A DNA stretch of 64,000 nucleotides from Owenia fusiformis (lineage: Eukaryota). The notes under the pieces were generated by a model. It was given only the letters and a program-made list of their open reading frames with translations. It did not search any database and was not told the DNA's origin. Positions within the stretch are counted from its first letter, which is position 1. Every line of letters starts with the position of its first letter. The translations under genes were made by a program, and so were the position numbers. Shown in pieces: positions 22,766 to 37,000 of this stretch. The stretch is taken from positions 2,232,001 to 2,296,000 of the forward strand of contig CAIIXF020000001.1 of assembly GCA_903813345.2 (NCBI GenBank), read 5' to 3'.

Positions 22766-24917
22766 TAGAATAGGAATTGAATGCTTCTATACGCACATCA
22801 CACATGACCATAGAGGGAACCTATATCTAAAACAATACATACCAGACACTGAAGACACAGACACTTCCAGACAATGTATGAGATATTGTGATACAAGTAC
22901 CATAGAATGCCATGCAGCAGATAGAAGTAATTTTTGCATAAAAATGACAGGGCTATCAATCTACTTGTGACATCTTTTAAAAAGAGAATCATCTAGACTT
23001 CATATCTATGTGAAAACAAGACACACAGGGATAAATTAAAATGAATATTTAAAATGGCCGCCAAGTGATTTACCCAGCATTCCCAAAACCTAAAGTGTCA
23101 TTGGCACTCATCTGCTCTTGCATCTGGAAATTCATAATCAATCTCAAAGGGAAAAATAGGAAATAGAATATTTTAATGTGTTTCTATTTATATATCTATT
23201 TATTCAGATTTACAGTTATTCATGATTCAGATCACTTTGAGGGCAGTGAGCCATCGACATGCGATATTGTCATATCAGTGTATTCCTTCAGCCAAATGGT
23301 GTTATTTGATCAAAAATTTGTGCCATACAGTATAATATATTGTATGTGGAAAGGTCGGCATTATATGTGCTCACTAAACCTTTTGGAATTCGCCACTAGA
23401 TTAATGCCCAATTAGTTAGTTTATCCATTGGTGTTAAGAAATTAAGTTGTCATATTTATGAAGGTATGAAATACCTTAATATATCAAGATGGCCAGTTAG
23501 AGGTATTGGTTCATCTATAAACTTGCAAAAATGAGACACTGAATGAATATGATGACTCTTAAAACATTTCACAAATAACTGAGCAGGATTTCAGATATCA
23601 GCAGAAAAATGAATACAAATGTATTTGCATGAAATATAGTTCTCTTATTTTTGGTCATATTAAATTAACATTTGTATATTTTACTGTAGTTTGAATAACT
23701 ATTTTGTCTCTTGATGTAACAATGCCACACATGAAATGAATGTTGCCAAAATCTACAATGAATGAATGAACAATAAAACACTATTACATTAAAATCATAA
23801 TATTTTCTTGGTTTATTTTTAGTAATTGAACAATAAATATGTCTACAAATCATAATTTGATAGTTAGTTTATACAACAGTACATTGTAGCCTGATACTTC
23901 AGGTTTAGGAATTTGTGGGGGCGAATTCAATTTTCTTATCTCAGTTTTCTACTTTTTACTGCTCGCGCCCCAACACTGATGCGATATGTCAAAACTCTGA
24001 CAGTCATTCATCAGAATTGGGGAATCCTGTCTAATCACAGGAAGAAAAATCAAAAATGATTTTTCAAATGATTGTCAGAAACTGCCACTACATGTATGCT
24101 GTATTATGTCTCCCACCTATATTAGTACCCGTAATTTTGTTACATTTATTGTGAGCTACTGTTATGATGATTAATGTGCATAAAAATCAGTAATATTCAC
24201 TGGTACGCACTTGATTATGCGGTTTCCGAAAAAAGGATCCAATTCGGTTACAAAATGGCTACCTCCCAATCTTTTTTACGCAAACATAAATAAGCATCAT
24301 ATGTTTCTGGAAATTCAAGAGAATTTCCACAATCCACAATATAGTCCGTGGGATGACAGTTTCTTCAATTTAATTCCTCACTTTTGTTACATAAATGGAA
24401 CATCAAAAAAGGTTAAAATCTGCACATTAACCCCATTCCATTTCCACTAATAGTGAGGTGTAAAAGCGATGGTTCTGTTGTCTTCTGAACAATTTAAGAA
24501 ATGTGTAGATCTTCTTAAACATATGATACTGACACATGTTTGTGATGAAAATGTTGCGGGAATTCTGCCTGCAACTCGTGAATTAAGATAAGAAAAAAAT
24601 TGTACCTTCAAGGTTCCAACATTTTTCTACCGAAACGAATCCATTTCGGTAACTAGTTTGAAGAGTGCAGTACCAGTGAATGTTTGTCATAATTCTCGTC
24701 CAAGATGGTCCAAATAAATAATTCTTACATATTTTTTGAACTACTCCAACTCTCATTAAAGTGTGCAGATTTTGGTCTGATTAATGGGATACATGTTTAC
24801 TACTATGAATCAAAAATATTCATGGAATGAGAATTACAGTCCTTTAAGCTGACTAAATAATCATTTTGTTGTGCTAATTAGACTGTCTAAAGCTAAACTG
24901 TTAGAATCAGATTAAAT

Positions 24918-25996
24918 ACAAGGCATTAACATGACAAAATGTCACCACCTAAAACAATTTGGTCAATTTAAAGCAAGTTGGAAAATACCTTTTGACCTTG
25001 AGAAGGTCACTGAAGGTCAAAGGTCAAATCTAAAGTCAGATTTGAACTTCTGAGAACTTGTAAAGTCAAATTTGAACTTCTGAAAAGATGTAGATGATTT
25101 TGAAAAAAAAATTTAGTCAATTTGAAGCAAGTTGAAAAAAGACCTTTTTGACCTTTTTTGACTTTGAGAAGGTCATTGAAGGTCAAATGTCAAATCTAAA
25201 GTCAGATTTGAATTTCTGAGAACATGTAGATGATTTTGAAAAAAAAATTTAGTCAATTTGAAGCAAGTTGAAAAAAGACCTTTTTGACCTTTTTTGACTT
25301 TGAGAAGGTCATTGAAGGTCAAATGTCAAATCTAAAGTCAGATCTGAATTTCTGAGAACATGTAGATGATTTTGAAAAAAAAATTTAGTCAATTTGAAGC
25401 AAGTTGAAAAAAGACCTTTTTGACCTTTTTTGACTTTGAGAAGGTCATTGAAGGTCAAATGTCAAATCTAAAGTCAGATTTGAATTTCTGAGAACATGTA
25501 GATGATTTTGAAAAAAAAATTTAGTCAATTTGAAGCAAGTTGAAAAAAGACCTTTTTGACCTTTTTTGACTTTGAGAAGGTCATTGAAGGTCAAATGTCA
25601 AATCTTAAGTCAAATCTAAAGTCAGATTTGAATTTCTGAGAACACGTAGATGATTTTGAAAAAAAAATTTAGTCAATGTGAAGCAAGTTGAAAAAAGACC
25701 TTTTTGACCTTTTTTGACTTTGAGAAGGTCATTGAAGGTCAAATGTCAAATCTTAAGTCAAATCTAAAGTCAGATTTGAACTTCTGAGAACATGTAGATG
25801 ATTTAGAAAAAAATTGAAGTCAGTCTAAACAGTATTTGTTAAGTTATAGGAAGTTGTAAGAAATTGTTACAGACGCCGGACGCCGGACACCAACCTCCAA
25901 CCACCAACCGCCAACCACCAACCGCCAACCGCCAACCACCAACCGCCGTTGGACGGAGACCATAACAATATGTCACCACTTTTGGTGGTGACATAA
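24918..25996 (+). mobile_element. Helentron/HINE-like element carrying an internal 136/148-bp tandem array
   Basis: 5' end ACAAGGCATTAACATGACAAAATGTCACCACC; GTAGATGA recurs at 25090, 25226, 25362, 25498, 25646 and 25794; (CCAACCR)n tract; 3' palindrome TATGTCACCACTTTTGGTGGTGACATAA. Confidence 0.7.
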
Positions 25997-26410
25997 CAAC
26001 TATCACACACTATGTAGATTCTAGTGATTTGATTGATCGCTTTCTATGACGTATTTTCCGTATCACATAAATTTCATATGATACAAGCACATGTACCACA
26101 CATTGTCAATGGTAACAAAAAGACATCATACAACTACATTAATGATGTCACATATATTAGAATCAACTGTAATTTCAACAATTAAAAGAAAGCTACCAAT
26201 CAAATCACTTAAATTCTACATAGTAGGCTTACGTGATAAAATATTCATCAGACGTTTCAGCATGTGAGGACAGGAAATACACAAAGCACAGGAAATATTC
26301 CATTCAGTAAAAAAGTATCACCACTAAGCTGCACTTTCGTGGTGATACAATTTTTACTTTGTTGGAATATTTCCCGTATCACATGCTGAAACATGTGATA
26401 ACTGATATTG

Positions 26411-26952
26411 TTAATACCTCAGTTGAAATACTCGATTTTGATTGGTCAACGAGCGGTGAATAATTTTAACTGTACACCGCGCAATGCATTGCCGGTGAAT
26501 AATATTCCCAGCATTCCACTAAAATGACGTCATTATCAGACGATAAAATGGCCGCCGCTAGCACTAGCCATTTCAAAAATGTTGAAGATGAGGATATTAT
26601 TAGTCTCTTAGAGAGTAAAGACAGTCAAAATACGAAGAAAAATCTAAAACTTTGTACAAAGCTTTTAGTGGACTTCGCCCAGGAGAGTAATTTGACTCCA
26701 TTGAGTGAACTTACTGCCGATATACTGAAATACAACATGAACGTCTCGAGGGTCTGGATCCAACTTCAAGTCAACTTCAAGGGTCAGAAAAATCTAAGAT
26801 ATTCTTCGGACTAACAAAACAATTATAGACCTCTCCATTCGGTTACTGTCAAAATTATATCCCTCGACTGTAAACCTCCACCTACGGTCTCGGTTTACAG
26901 TCTCGGGATATAATTTTGACAGTAAACCTCTGGAGAGGTCAATAATTGTATA
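26411..26952 (+). mobile_element. Hairpin-ended element with a short ORF remnant, possibly Crypton-derived
   Basis: About 130-bp imperfect hairpin at 26819-26950. ORF MAAASTSHFKNVEDEDIISLLESKDSQNTKK resembles N-termini of DUF3504/Crypton-type proteins as I recall them (not verified). Confidence 0.4.
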
Positions 26953-28061
26953 TAGTTTAAAGGAGTCACAATACTTGTACACTTGTATATATTTCAACAC
27001 TACATGTACGGTATGTGCATTTTGTATATGTGCAATTTAGATTTATAGTGTCACATTTGTTTCCGTGGTAAAAGAGTTACTGTTATCTTTATATGTATCT
27101 TTACATTACTGCCACATCTGTATCCATGGATAAACAGTGTTTTTGTCATTTTTTGAATTATAATATTACACAGCTATTTTCACTTATTTCCATTATCAAT
27201 ATTTATAAACAATAGATAAATGTATATAGTATTGTTCCATTATTGTCGCATTTGGGTCAAGGTGTTATTAGTAATTAGACAATACACTTGTTTTCCATTC
27301 TTGTCACAATTGTTTTCATGGTCAATGGTATTAACATTAGATACAATGTATATAGTATAGTTCCATTATTGTTACATTTTTTTAAAGCAGTCTGCATTGT
27401 TTCCTAATGCATGGTCAAAATTATACATAATGATTTTCATTTTAGAATGTTATTGCACCATCAAAATTCCTAAACCAAGTCAGTATATTAACCCACAGTT
27501 GGTCTGGTGTTCAGTAGCTATAATTAATCTGTTAATATATCCACTACAGCAGTGTCACAAACTCAAACCTCAATTAATTGTGCTAACTGCGATACCATCT
27601 CATTTAATTCATACATGTTCTTATATATGCCATTGGCTCAAATCTATAACCACTCTGTCCCTAATAGTTCAAAACCTTCACTCTCTGACTCTTAATCTCG
27701 ATCTTATATAAACAAGTGGTCAGCTAGTTATTCTTGCACAATATAAACAATTTACTACATGCATTCATGTTGCAACACTATACAAAGAACATCAAGGTTA
27801 TTTTTACTCACATTGTTCAAACCATAAAAATCATGACATCACAGTAAGAGAATTAGGAATTTTTAACATTACAACTTTTCTTGTTTGGACCCATTTAAAA
27901 AAAAATGTTTTCCGACATAAATTTGCCTAAGAAATTAATAATAATGAAGTCAAAATGAAACATTTTGTGGTTTGGCATACAGCAATGAGCTGATGTGACC
28001 CCTTTAAATGCAATTACACTGTTTTTCAAAATATAAAGCTGTAAATTCTTTGGTCAGATGG

Positions 28062-31000
28062 CTATGTTGTGGTTCCATTTAATATGGGTACATCGACACC
28101 ATTTGACTTTGACATTTTTTTCTTTGATATCAATTGTTCTTCAGATTTTTCCATTGCACGAGGGATGTTATCAGTTGACCTTGTGTTATGACAGAATATA
28201 AGTTCTGGGCATTCCTTTTCTCCTCGAGTAATCTGATCTGCCAGCTTGATGAGGTCATAATTGATTTTCTCTGAGACTATGGAGTCCTGCTTGTAGTCTG
28301 GATGTGATGTAACAAAGTCTCTCATCCATTTAGCCGTGGTTTTTAATTCGCCTACAATGTTCAATGATTATGTTCAATGTTAAAGTTTATAATCACAAAC
28401 ACTTTTCAGAATTATCAAAGGCGTTCCACTTTAACAGGTTTTACATAGTAACACACATAGTTGTAGTAATATTTACCTGAGGCTCTAGCCTTGATTAATT
28501 TGACATACTGCAATATTGTACACCTGGTGTCTACGTCACATTCAATGTTGTTGTCGAGGTACATGTTGATTAACTCTACCAACCCTGGGAAGTCAGCCTA
28601 AAATCATTAACAGAACCATATACAATGTACTCGGTAATAATAAAAACAATATTGCCCCCAAGGGTGCCATGATAAGACATGCAGCGATAATATTTTGATA
28701 TCAAGATTATGCTCACATCAGCACAAGACAAAGACAATATAGTACTTTGAAAAAGTGTGACCTCATGTAATAGTTGGAAAACTTTTTAAATTTTCAATGG
28801 ATGGTTTTTGAATGGTTACTCTTCTGTAAATAACTCCGTCAGTCAAACAAGCTGGAAAATTTAATGAATTGAAAATGATTTTTCCTTTAAATCAGTTAAT
28901 TCAGGTTCTAGAAAATAGAAACTTACACTGCCATTGATTATCTCATCTGCCGTCATGAGTCGATATTCATCCTCCATGCATTCACTGACGGTTCTACAAC
29001 GATTCTTACATTTGGTGGCGCACTCTGGTGGTGTTTCTCTAGTGAAGGGATCTTTCTTAAACCAAAACTTGCCATTTACAGCAGCATCTTTCTTCTGTGA
29101 TGTTTCCATATTTTCATCGACCTAGAAAATGTTGGACACACAAACACATCTTAAAATGTGTTGCTATAAATCTCCGTGGAAAGACAACATGGATTTATTT
29201 GTTGTCCATAAGATGCCTAGATTTTGAAATGAGGATTTAGTAGCAATTCTCCAATTATTCCAATATTAAACTTAAAATGATGGAATACTTTGCACTTAAA
29301 CCTGGTACCCACATTGATCAAAACTAAAACATATTCAGATGTATACATTTAGAAATCACACTGTTTGCAAAATTGTGAAGTCAATTTTTGAGAATTAATA
29401 TTAACTGAAACACTATCCCATGAACTACATTTTTAAATATCCTACAGAAGTGTTAGGTTTACCAACCTTGGATATTGGAATGAGGAAATCCAGGTTGAAG
29501 GACAGAATGACTCTGGTCATCAAGACGATGAATACAACAAATGCAGCATTTTCAAAGTCAGTCAGCTGGACTTCCACGGGTCTGAACTCTACACGCCATC
29601 CTATACCAGAATTTGGGGGTGGCGGCTTAAATCTCATAGTCTGCCAGTTGGTTGATTGTAGATTCTAAATATCAAAGGTTAAACATATAGTGTTTTTAAC
29701 AGATGAAACTGAAATGTTGTCATCATTTATCTAGAACTTAGGTAGCGATCTGAGGCACTTCGATCAGGGTGTTGTCGGGACAATTTCTCTTGTGACTTAG
29801 GTTATGTATTTAGGTCTATCTCAACAGATTTTACTGGTCTTATGCGCCGCAAATGGTGCGAAAGATGTTAAAATTGCATTTTCGACCCTAAAATTCAGAT
29901 TTCTTGGGGGTACATTATTATTTAGCTATAAAACAAAAACTAAACAACCAATGCTTCTTTCTTTTGGTGTTTCTGTTAAGAGTAATCATACTTGAAATGC
30001 ATATGTAAAAAAATTGAAGAATTTTAACTTTATTTAAAAACAGCAACATTTTTTCACCCTAAAATCATAGAATTTAGGGGGGTTGAGAGACATTGATTGG
30101 AATTGATTTTTTAATTTCTCAATCAATCTCAGTTTAATATTAATGGAACTTTCCTAAAAGTAGCACCAACATGTCCCCAACACATTACCATAAAGAAAAA
30201 ACTCAAACTCTAACATGTTTTTTGCCTATATGGGTCAATTTACCTCTCCCCTCTATCCCTTTTTAGAAGGGCGTGGCCATATTGGCATGTTCATCTAAAA
30301 ATAAATACTTCATGTTCATATCCATCCTCCGATCACAGGGCTTCAAAATCCAGAACATATTCTTTCTTTTTACCCCCAGCAATAAGCAGTTACCATTTCC
30401 CAGATTAAGAACTCGCAATCTGATTGGCTGTCGCAACACTGCGACAGAAATCATGTATAAGTCATTGTGCATAATTAGATCACGTGATTCAGTTAAATCA
30501 GGCGCGTCCAAATTGGTTATCGCAGGGGGAAGAAGGAGGTACGGATTCTGGACACCTGCTTAGGAGGATGGTTCACATCATGTTATCATTTTTATGTCAC
30601 CAACAAAAAGTGGTGACATATTGTTATGGTCTCAGTGGTCGGCGGTTTGTGGTTGGAGCTTGGCAATTGGTGTCTGTAACAAATTCTTACAATTTCAAAT
30701 AATTAACAAATACTGTATAGACTGACTTCAATTGTTTTCAAAATCATCTACATGTTTTCAGATGTTCAAATCTGACTTTATATTTAAGATTTGACCTTCA
30801 ATGACCTTTTCAAGGTCAGAAAAAGTCTTTTTTCAATTTGCTTCAAATTAACCAATTTTTCAAAATCATCTATAAGTTATCAGAAGTTCAAATCTGACTT
30901 AAGATTTGAGATTTGACCTTCAATGACCTTCTTAAGATTTAAGAATATAGATTTGATCATTAAATGACATTCTAAAGGTCAAAATGGATCTGACCTTTAG

Positions 31001-34000
31001 TGACCTCCTCAAGGTCAAAAAGGTATTTTTTATCTTGTTTCAACTAGGTGGTGACATTTTGTCATGTTAATGCCTTGTTTTACTTGTAGCTAGTGAATGT
31101 CTTTGAAATGACATAAGCCTAATACAGTGGGACCTGGGTTAGTGAACACCTTTCTCTAGTGAACACCTGTGTAAAATGAACACCCTATTTTCAGCACATA
31201 CCTTGATTCCAATACAAATTGTCTTTCTGTATTGAAATCTTTTTTGTGGCTCTATAGATGTTCACTGTACACAGGTTTTACTTTATACAAAACACCTTTA
31301 TATTTAACTTTAATTAATAAACTGATTATCTAATTGCAATTATAAATTGCTATCTATTATTTGCAGGGAACATTGTAGCAAAACAATAAGGGAGAATAGT
31401 AAGCTATTCAAGGCTTATTACTGTCTGATGTTCTATTATTAACTAATTTGATTGATTCAATTGATGGCTTTCTCAATCCATTCCAAATTGAGGACAATGA
31501 TCATTTATACTGCATATCATCTGGAATGCCAACACCCTCTAATTTAGCAGGTGATCTCTTAAATGCAGCATCCAAGGGCACACAAGCCTTTAAGCAATTT
31601 TTTCAAGACCAATTTGTGCAGAAGGGAAAAAGTTTTCATGACTCCATAAAAGAATGAAACTGAAAACATCTGAATTCAATGCTGGAGTCAAAAAGGTGAA
31701 AAGCTCTGGAAACAGACTGATTGAGATTAGAGCTGAGCGCAATACATTTGGCCAGTTAGTCATGTTATCAGAGCAGCATAGTATCAGTCTAAAGCGAATA
31801 TTGGAATACCCCCTGAGTCTAATACCCTGGGCTCTTGGAACACCTGATGGACCCCTGGTTAAAACAGAAAAGTCAAAATTATTACATGAGCTGGAAACAT
31901 ATAATATTACATGGACCCAAACCAGAAAAAACAATTATAGTTTATGATGGCAATGCATTGTTCCATATACTTCCTGAGCGACCCAAAACATTTGGATTAC
32001 TGGCAGAGAGGATCCTTCAGATGCTTCCTATAAGAAAGATTCAATTAAAGAACCAGAAAGAATACGCAGGCGTGTCTCCAAAAAGCTAATAATAAAAGGA
32101 CCTAATACCAGAATTCCTAACAATTGGAAGGAATTCCTCTTAAATGATGAGAATGAAATGCAGCTGAGTCAGTTGATCCTTGAAGAATGGAAAAAGATAA
32201 AAATGCCCCTAAACTCAAAGAAAGACAGATTCATGTGGTGAGATCTGTACAGTGCACCAGTGATAGAACTACTGTTACACATAGAGTTGAATCAAGCCTG
32301 GAATCTTCCCACAAAGAGGCAGATACAAAAATTATACCCCATGCAATTAACATGAAATGAACCTGAAAATACAGAAAAAAACTATAGTTGTGAGATCCCC
32401 AGATAGCGATGTTTTTGTACTTCTTGTGCACTTTCCAATCTTATTCAAACTCCATTAATTTTTGACACTGGTAGTGCAGACCACATATGACTTATTAAAG
32501 GTGCAACAATTAGTGCAGGGGGGTAATTCAACGATCATCGACCAGTGTCAAAATATATTTAAGTTTGGATATTTCATCAAGAGTACCCTTTGCATTCGTT
32601 TGACTTCGCTTCTTAAAAGAGAGCTTTGTCTTCACTCTTTCAAACTAAAATAAACCTGTGAACTCACCGCGCCAATCAGTGTTCGTCGGCCAAATTTGAC
32701 CGACGTTCTATATATGGTCATTCCTTCTGACGTCATCGTTGATCCCGGAATTGACCAATGACATGCGCATATTTAATTAGAACGCATTTGACGTATGTTT
32801 CTTCAAGCTCGCTGATTGGTGGAAGAAAGGGCAGCGCGTAGGTCAAAAGTGATTTTTTACCCAAACTGTCACCGGTACCCGTCGTGGGGCGGGGCTACTA
32901 AACTGTAATATGGTCTCTACTAGGCAGAGTGTAGTTTAACTAGACTCTGCACACAGGGTACATCAAGAGTAACATATATTTTTATAATCTACAAAGAAAC
33001 CCCCTTGATGAACATTATTTCAGCTGATATTCCTCTTGAAACGTGGTGAATCTTAAAAATCTATAAGTGGGACTCCCTTTATAGAAGCTTTGAACTGAAT
33101 TTACACTTCTAAATTGAGAGTTTATCCATACATTTTAAGAAAATAGATATGTCAAAGAAGATGTTAAGCCAAATATTGACCTGATAGCTCAGAAAAAAGA
33201 AAAAAAATTGAATTTTCTCTCTACAGTCCCTTGTTGCCCCTTTAATGTAAAGGAAGTAGGAAATGCGCTCAGTTCAGACATTTGTAAATTTGTAATGCTA
33301 TACCAACCTTCCATTCATTTACTGAATGTGATTCCTTCAGTGCCTTTGTGAGAAGGGAGAAAGTGTCCCCCCCCCCCTAAAATTACTTATGAGAATTTCA
33401 AAAAGGTTTCGGCACCATTGGAGGGGTCATTAGTGATCAAACTGCTAAATATGCTGAGAAGTTTACTTGCCAGATGTATGGAAACAAAAAGTGTTCAAAT
33501 ATAAATGAGCTGAGATATACCTTATTCAAGAACAAATTTCAACCAAAATCTGCTCAAAGTGTGATAACAAGCTATGAAGGCACTAACAATAAGCCTCCTA
33601 CCCCCATGTAAAGATTCATTACAGCAGCATCTGGCAAGGGCCAGTTATCAAGCACACATATGGAAACTTGCCAACATCCCCTCCCCATCAATTCCCTCCC
33701 CTGTGTCACATGGATGGAGGATGAAAGATGGCCATTTGGATTTCAATGGGTGTCAAATCCAGATAAAATTCTACCCCAGGACCTGGTAGATGTTATCGTA
33801 TAAGATGATACTTTAGAAGATCAAAATGAAGAGGAAGTTTATGAAATACAAAGCTTTATGGATCAAATATATTCTGGTGAATAAAAACTACATTTGTGAT
33901 GACAGAAATTCATACAATGAGTAAAATTAATATTATGACTGAGTCGTGAACTGTGTATTAGATAATATTCAACTTCAGATTTTTAATATTCTTATATCTC

Positions 34001-37000
34001 AAGCCTACATAGAAAAAATATTGTATTATTTATAAATAATTCACAGGTATGTACTATATGTATACACCTAAGTGAAAATATTTTATGGTAATATATTTGA
34101 TAAAATACATGATATGTACATGTATTCATTTAATGTGACATCATGCTACTGTTTAAATCCACATGTATTAATGGCCACACCCCTTTTATAAGGGAAAGAG
34201 GGGAGAGGTAAATTGACCCATATAGGCAAAAAACATGTTAGAGTTTGAGTTTTTTCTTTATGGTAATGTGTTGGGGACATGTTGGTGCTACTTTTAGGAA
34301 AGTTCAATTAATATTAACCTGAGATTGATTGAGAAATTAAAAAATCAATTCCAATCAATGTCTCTCAACCCCCCTAAATTCTATGATTTTAAGGTGAAAA
34401 AATGTTGCTGTTTTTAAATAAAGTTAAAATTCTTCAATTTTTTTACATATGCATTTCAAGTATGATTACTCTTAACAGAAACACCAAAAGAAAGAAGCAT
34501 TGGTTGTTTAGTTTTTGTTTTATAGCTAAATAATAATGTACCCCCAAGAAATCTGAATTTTAGGGTCGAAAATGCAATTTTAACATCTTTCGCACCATTT
34601 GCGGCGCATAAGACCAGTAAAATCTGTTGAGATAGACCTAAATACATAACCTAAGTCACAAGAGAAATTGTCCCGACAACACCCTGATCGAAGTGCCTCA
34701 GATCGCTACCTAAACTATTTTATGTACATGAACGCATGAAGATGTTGATTCTAAAGGGAGGGGAGGACTTGAACCATTGGCTGCCAGTTCATGAATGGCA
34801 GATTCTACAGGAGAATAAAAAAATCAAGTATGAAATTAGAATTGAATGGATAAAATTGGGAAAGCGATTTATATGAAGAATGGATAATATGATTATGTCC
34901 ATACATGGATCTAAATTCAAAACAAAATTTAGATAATGGTAACCAATGTTTTAAGATTTTTCCCAACAAAAGTAATAACGAACCTCAAAGTGATCTGTCT
35001 CATCTGTATCACTCTGATGTATCTTCTCACTAAATAGAGCAACAGGGTCCCTTATAAACAAATGTGCAATGTGTTGAGCCAACAGGTGATCAATGCCTGT
35101 AAAAACAATAATTCAGAAAATACACAGAATGTCAACCTGATAAGATGATTTCAGGATTACACTAATACGGAGCTTTATTACACAGGGATCCCTTTTTGGA
35201 ACAGTCGCAACTTTCAATTTTGTCACAAGCCATCATCAACTTACAGAAGACAATGATCTTCTATGAATTGTAAGTTTCAATACCAAAGAATTGACTACAG
35301 TTTTTTTGTAGTAGCTTATTGAAAGAATGATACAGGATTCTTTATTCCTTAAATAGATGTCACCGCAAAAAATGATTCCATACAAGGTATATGAAAAAAG
35401 TTACGTCAACATAATTCTGTACAGCAAATGCTGCGAGTGAAGCAAATAGAATTGAATAACTTATACCAAATAATACTCAAATGTTGCTTTCACAGCAAAT
35501 CATGGGAATATACTAAATAAAGGTTCTTATATGAGTACCTGTGCAAGATCGTCCATTCTTGATGAGCTTTGATGATTCTTCTTTATCGAGTCGAAGACGA
35601 GATAAAGAAACATTATCAAAGCGAGTCAAGAATGGACGACATTGCACAGGTACAAGTACAAGAAAGTTTTTCTCATATGACTCTGTATTATGCCACATTT
35701 TCACCATTTTATCATAAAACTTAGTGAAAAATAGCTTCGAATTAATTGAACTTCATCTTTCAGTTGTTATGACGTCATAACAATATTGAAGAAAATACAT
35801 AGATACACGTGGCAACAAAGCTCCATTGCTATGACGTCACAGCTAAGTTTTGTAGAATGAACAACGCTGTACCCGTTGCCATGTTGTTGATGTTTATAGA
35901 CCAGTGATGTCACAAGTAAATCTCATCTTGCACGTGTGACTTTTTAGGATGAAAGATGGCAATATCTTGCATGGGGTAAAGATGGCTGTATCTTTGTTAG
36001 TCATATGAGAAAGGAGAATAAAGGAGAAAAATGTAATGACATAGTTTTCTAATTGCTTACTATGACAGGATATAGACTTAATCAAATATTTCCCCTTAAA
36101 TCTAGAGTGTGAAAGCTATTTCAAAGGGTATAGCCATACCTGCATTGATTAATGTTTTATATATATCCTTATCCATCACCAGTTCAATATCATTGTACTT
36201 TTCCCCACATGGAGACAGGTAACTGTCTGTAGATGCATAGCGTGATTTCTGAATCCTAAACTTGTTTTCTTTCAATGGCTGGAATAGATAAACATATATA
36301 TTTAAATAAAAAGACTGTGAAATAGACAAGGATAAGTTATTTATGATTCCCATTTAGTGGAATCACTAAATCTTTACTGTTCTCCAATTCTACAAATAAG
36401 GTAGCAGTTGAAGCCCTAGTCAAGAAAATATGGGTTAATTTAATGTGATAATAATCAATTCGTACTTACCTCCAGGCCTCTTTCCTCTCTGGTCCTGCAG
36501 TCAACAGATGATGATATTATGTTCCATCTACAATCTATATCAGACAGAAATCCGCGATGAATGGGAGAGGCAGCACTCAAAGCGAGCTGAAACACATAAA
36601 TTCATGATTGTAAGAACATACGATTGTGGTGATAATACTGATCTGAATGCATATTTTCTATGAATATCAAATAAATAATGAAAATATTGTGTTTATTCTT
36701 AATATACCATAAAAGTGATTATCAAATAAATAAATAAGTATGCATATTCATTTTGTCGTATAATATTATATGGAAAAGGGACAACATCCACAAATAAACA
36801 TATTATATCTCTACAAATTAAGCAAACCTTAGATCTCACATAATCAGAGCCTTATACTATGACTCTCGAAAATGAATTTACACAATTCACCTTATACTTG
36901 TTTAATATTGATTTTATTGCTTTATCATACTGACATGGGACTGTTAAATAATAGAGACTTACAAATATAGGAGTTAAGGGTGTCAGCTGGTCATATAAAC

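Larger units (their letters stand above)
29739..34712 (+). mobile_element. Academ-type DNA transposon, decayed, in GCLC intron 10
   Basis: About 540-bp near-identical TIRs (29739-30280 and 34171-34712), termini TAG...CTA, 4-bp TSD AACT (29735-29738 and 34713-34716), and internal XPG/FEN-like coding remnants. Confidence 0.8.

Noticed and set aside
29804-29995. Identical 63-aa ORFs at 29804 (+) and 34456 (-) as a duplicated gene
   Set aside because: They are the two TIRs of the transposon; no protein features are evident.
29739-34712. TA-TSD Tc1/mariner or TWA-TSD Harbinger interpretation
   Set aside because: Including TA in the termini reveals an exact 4-bp AACT duplication, and the coding remnants are XPG-like with no recognisable Tc1 or Harbinger transposase motifs.
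36470-36586. Suspected frameshift in GCLC exon 8
   Set aside because: Re-reading gives an open frame [39 protein letters not shown]; the gene is intact.
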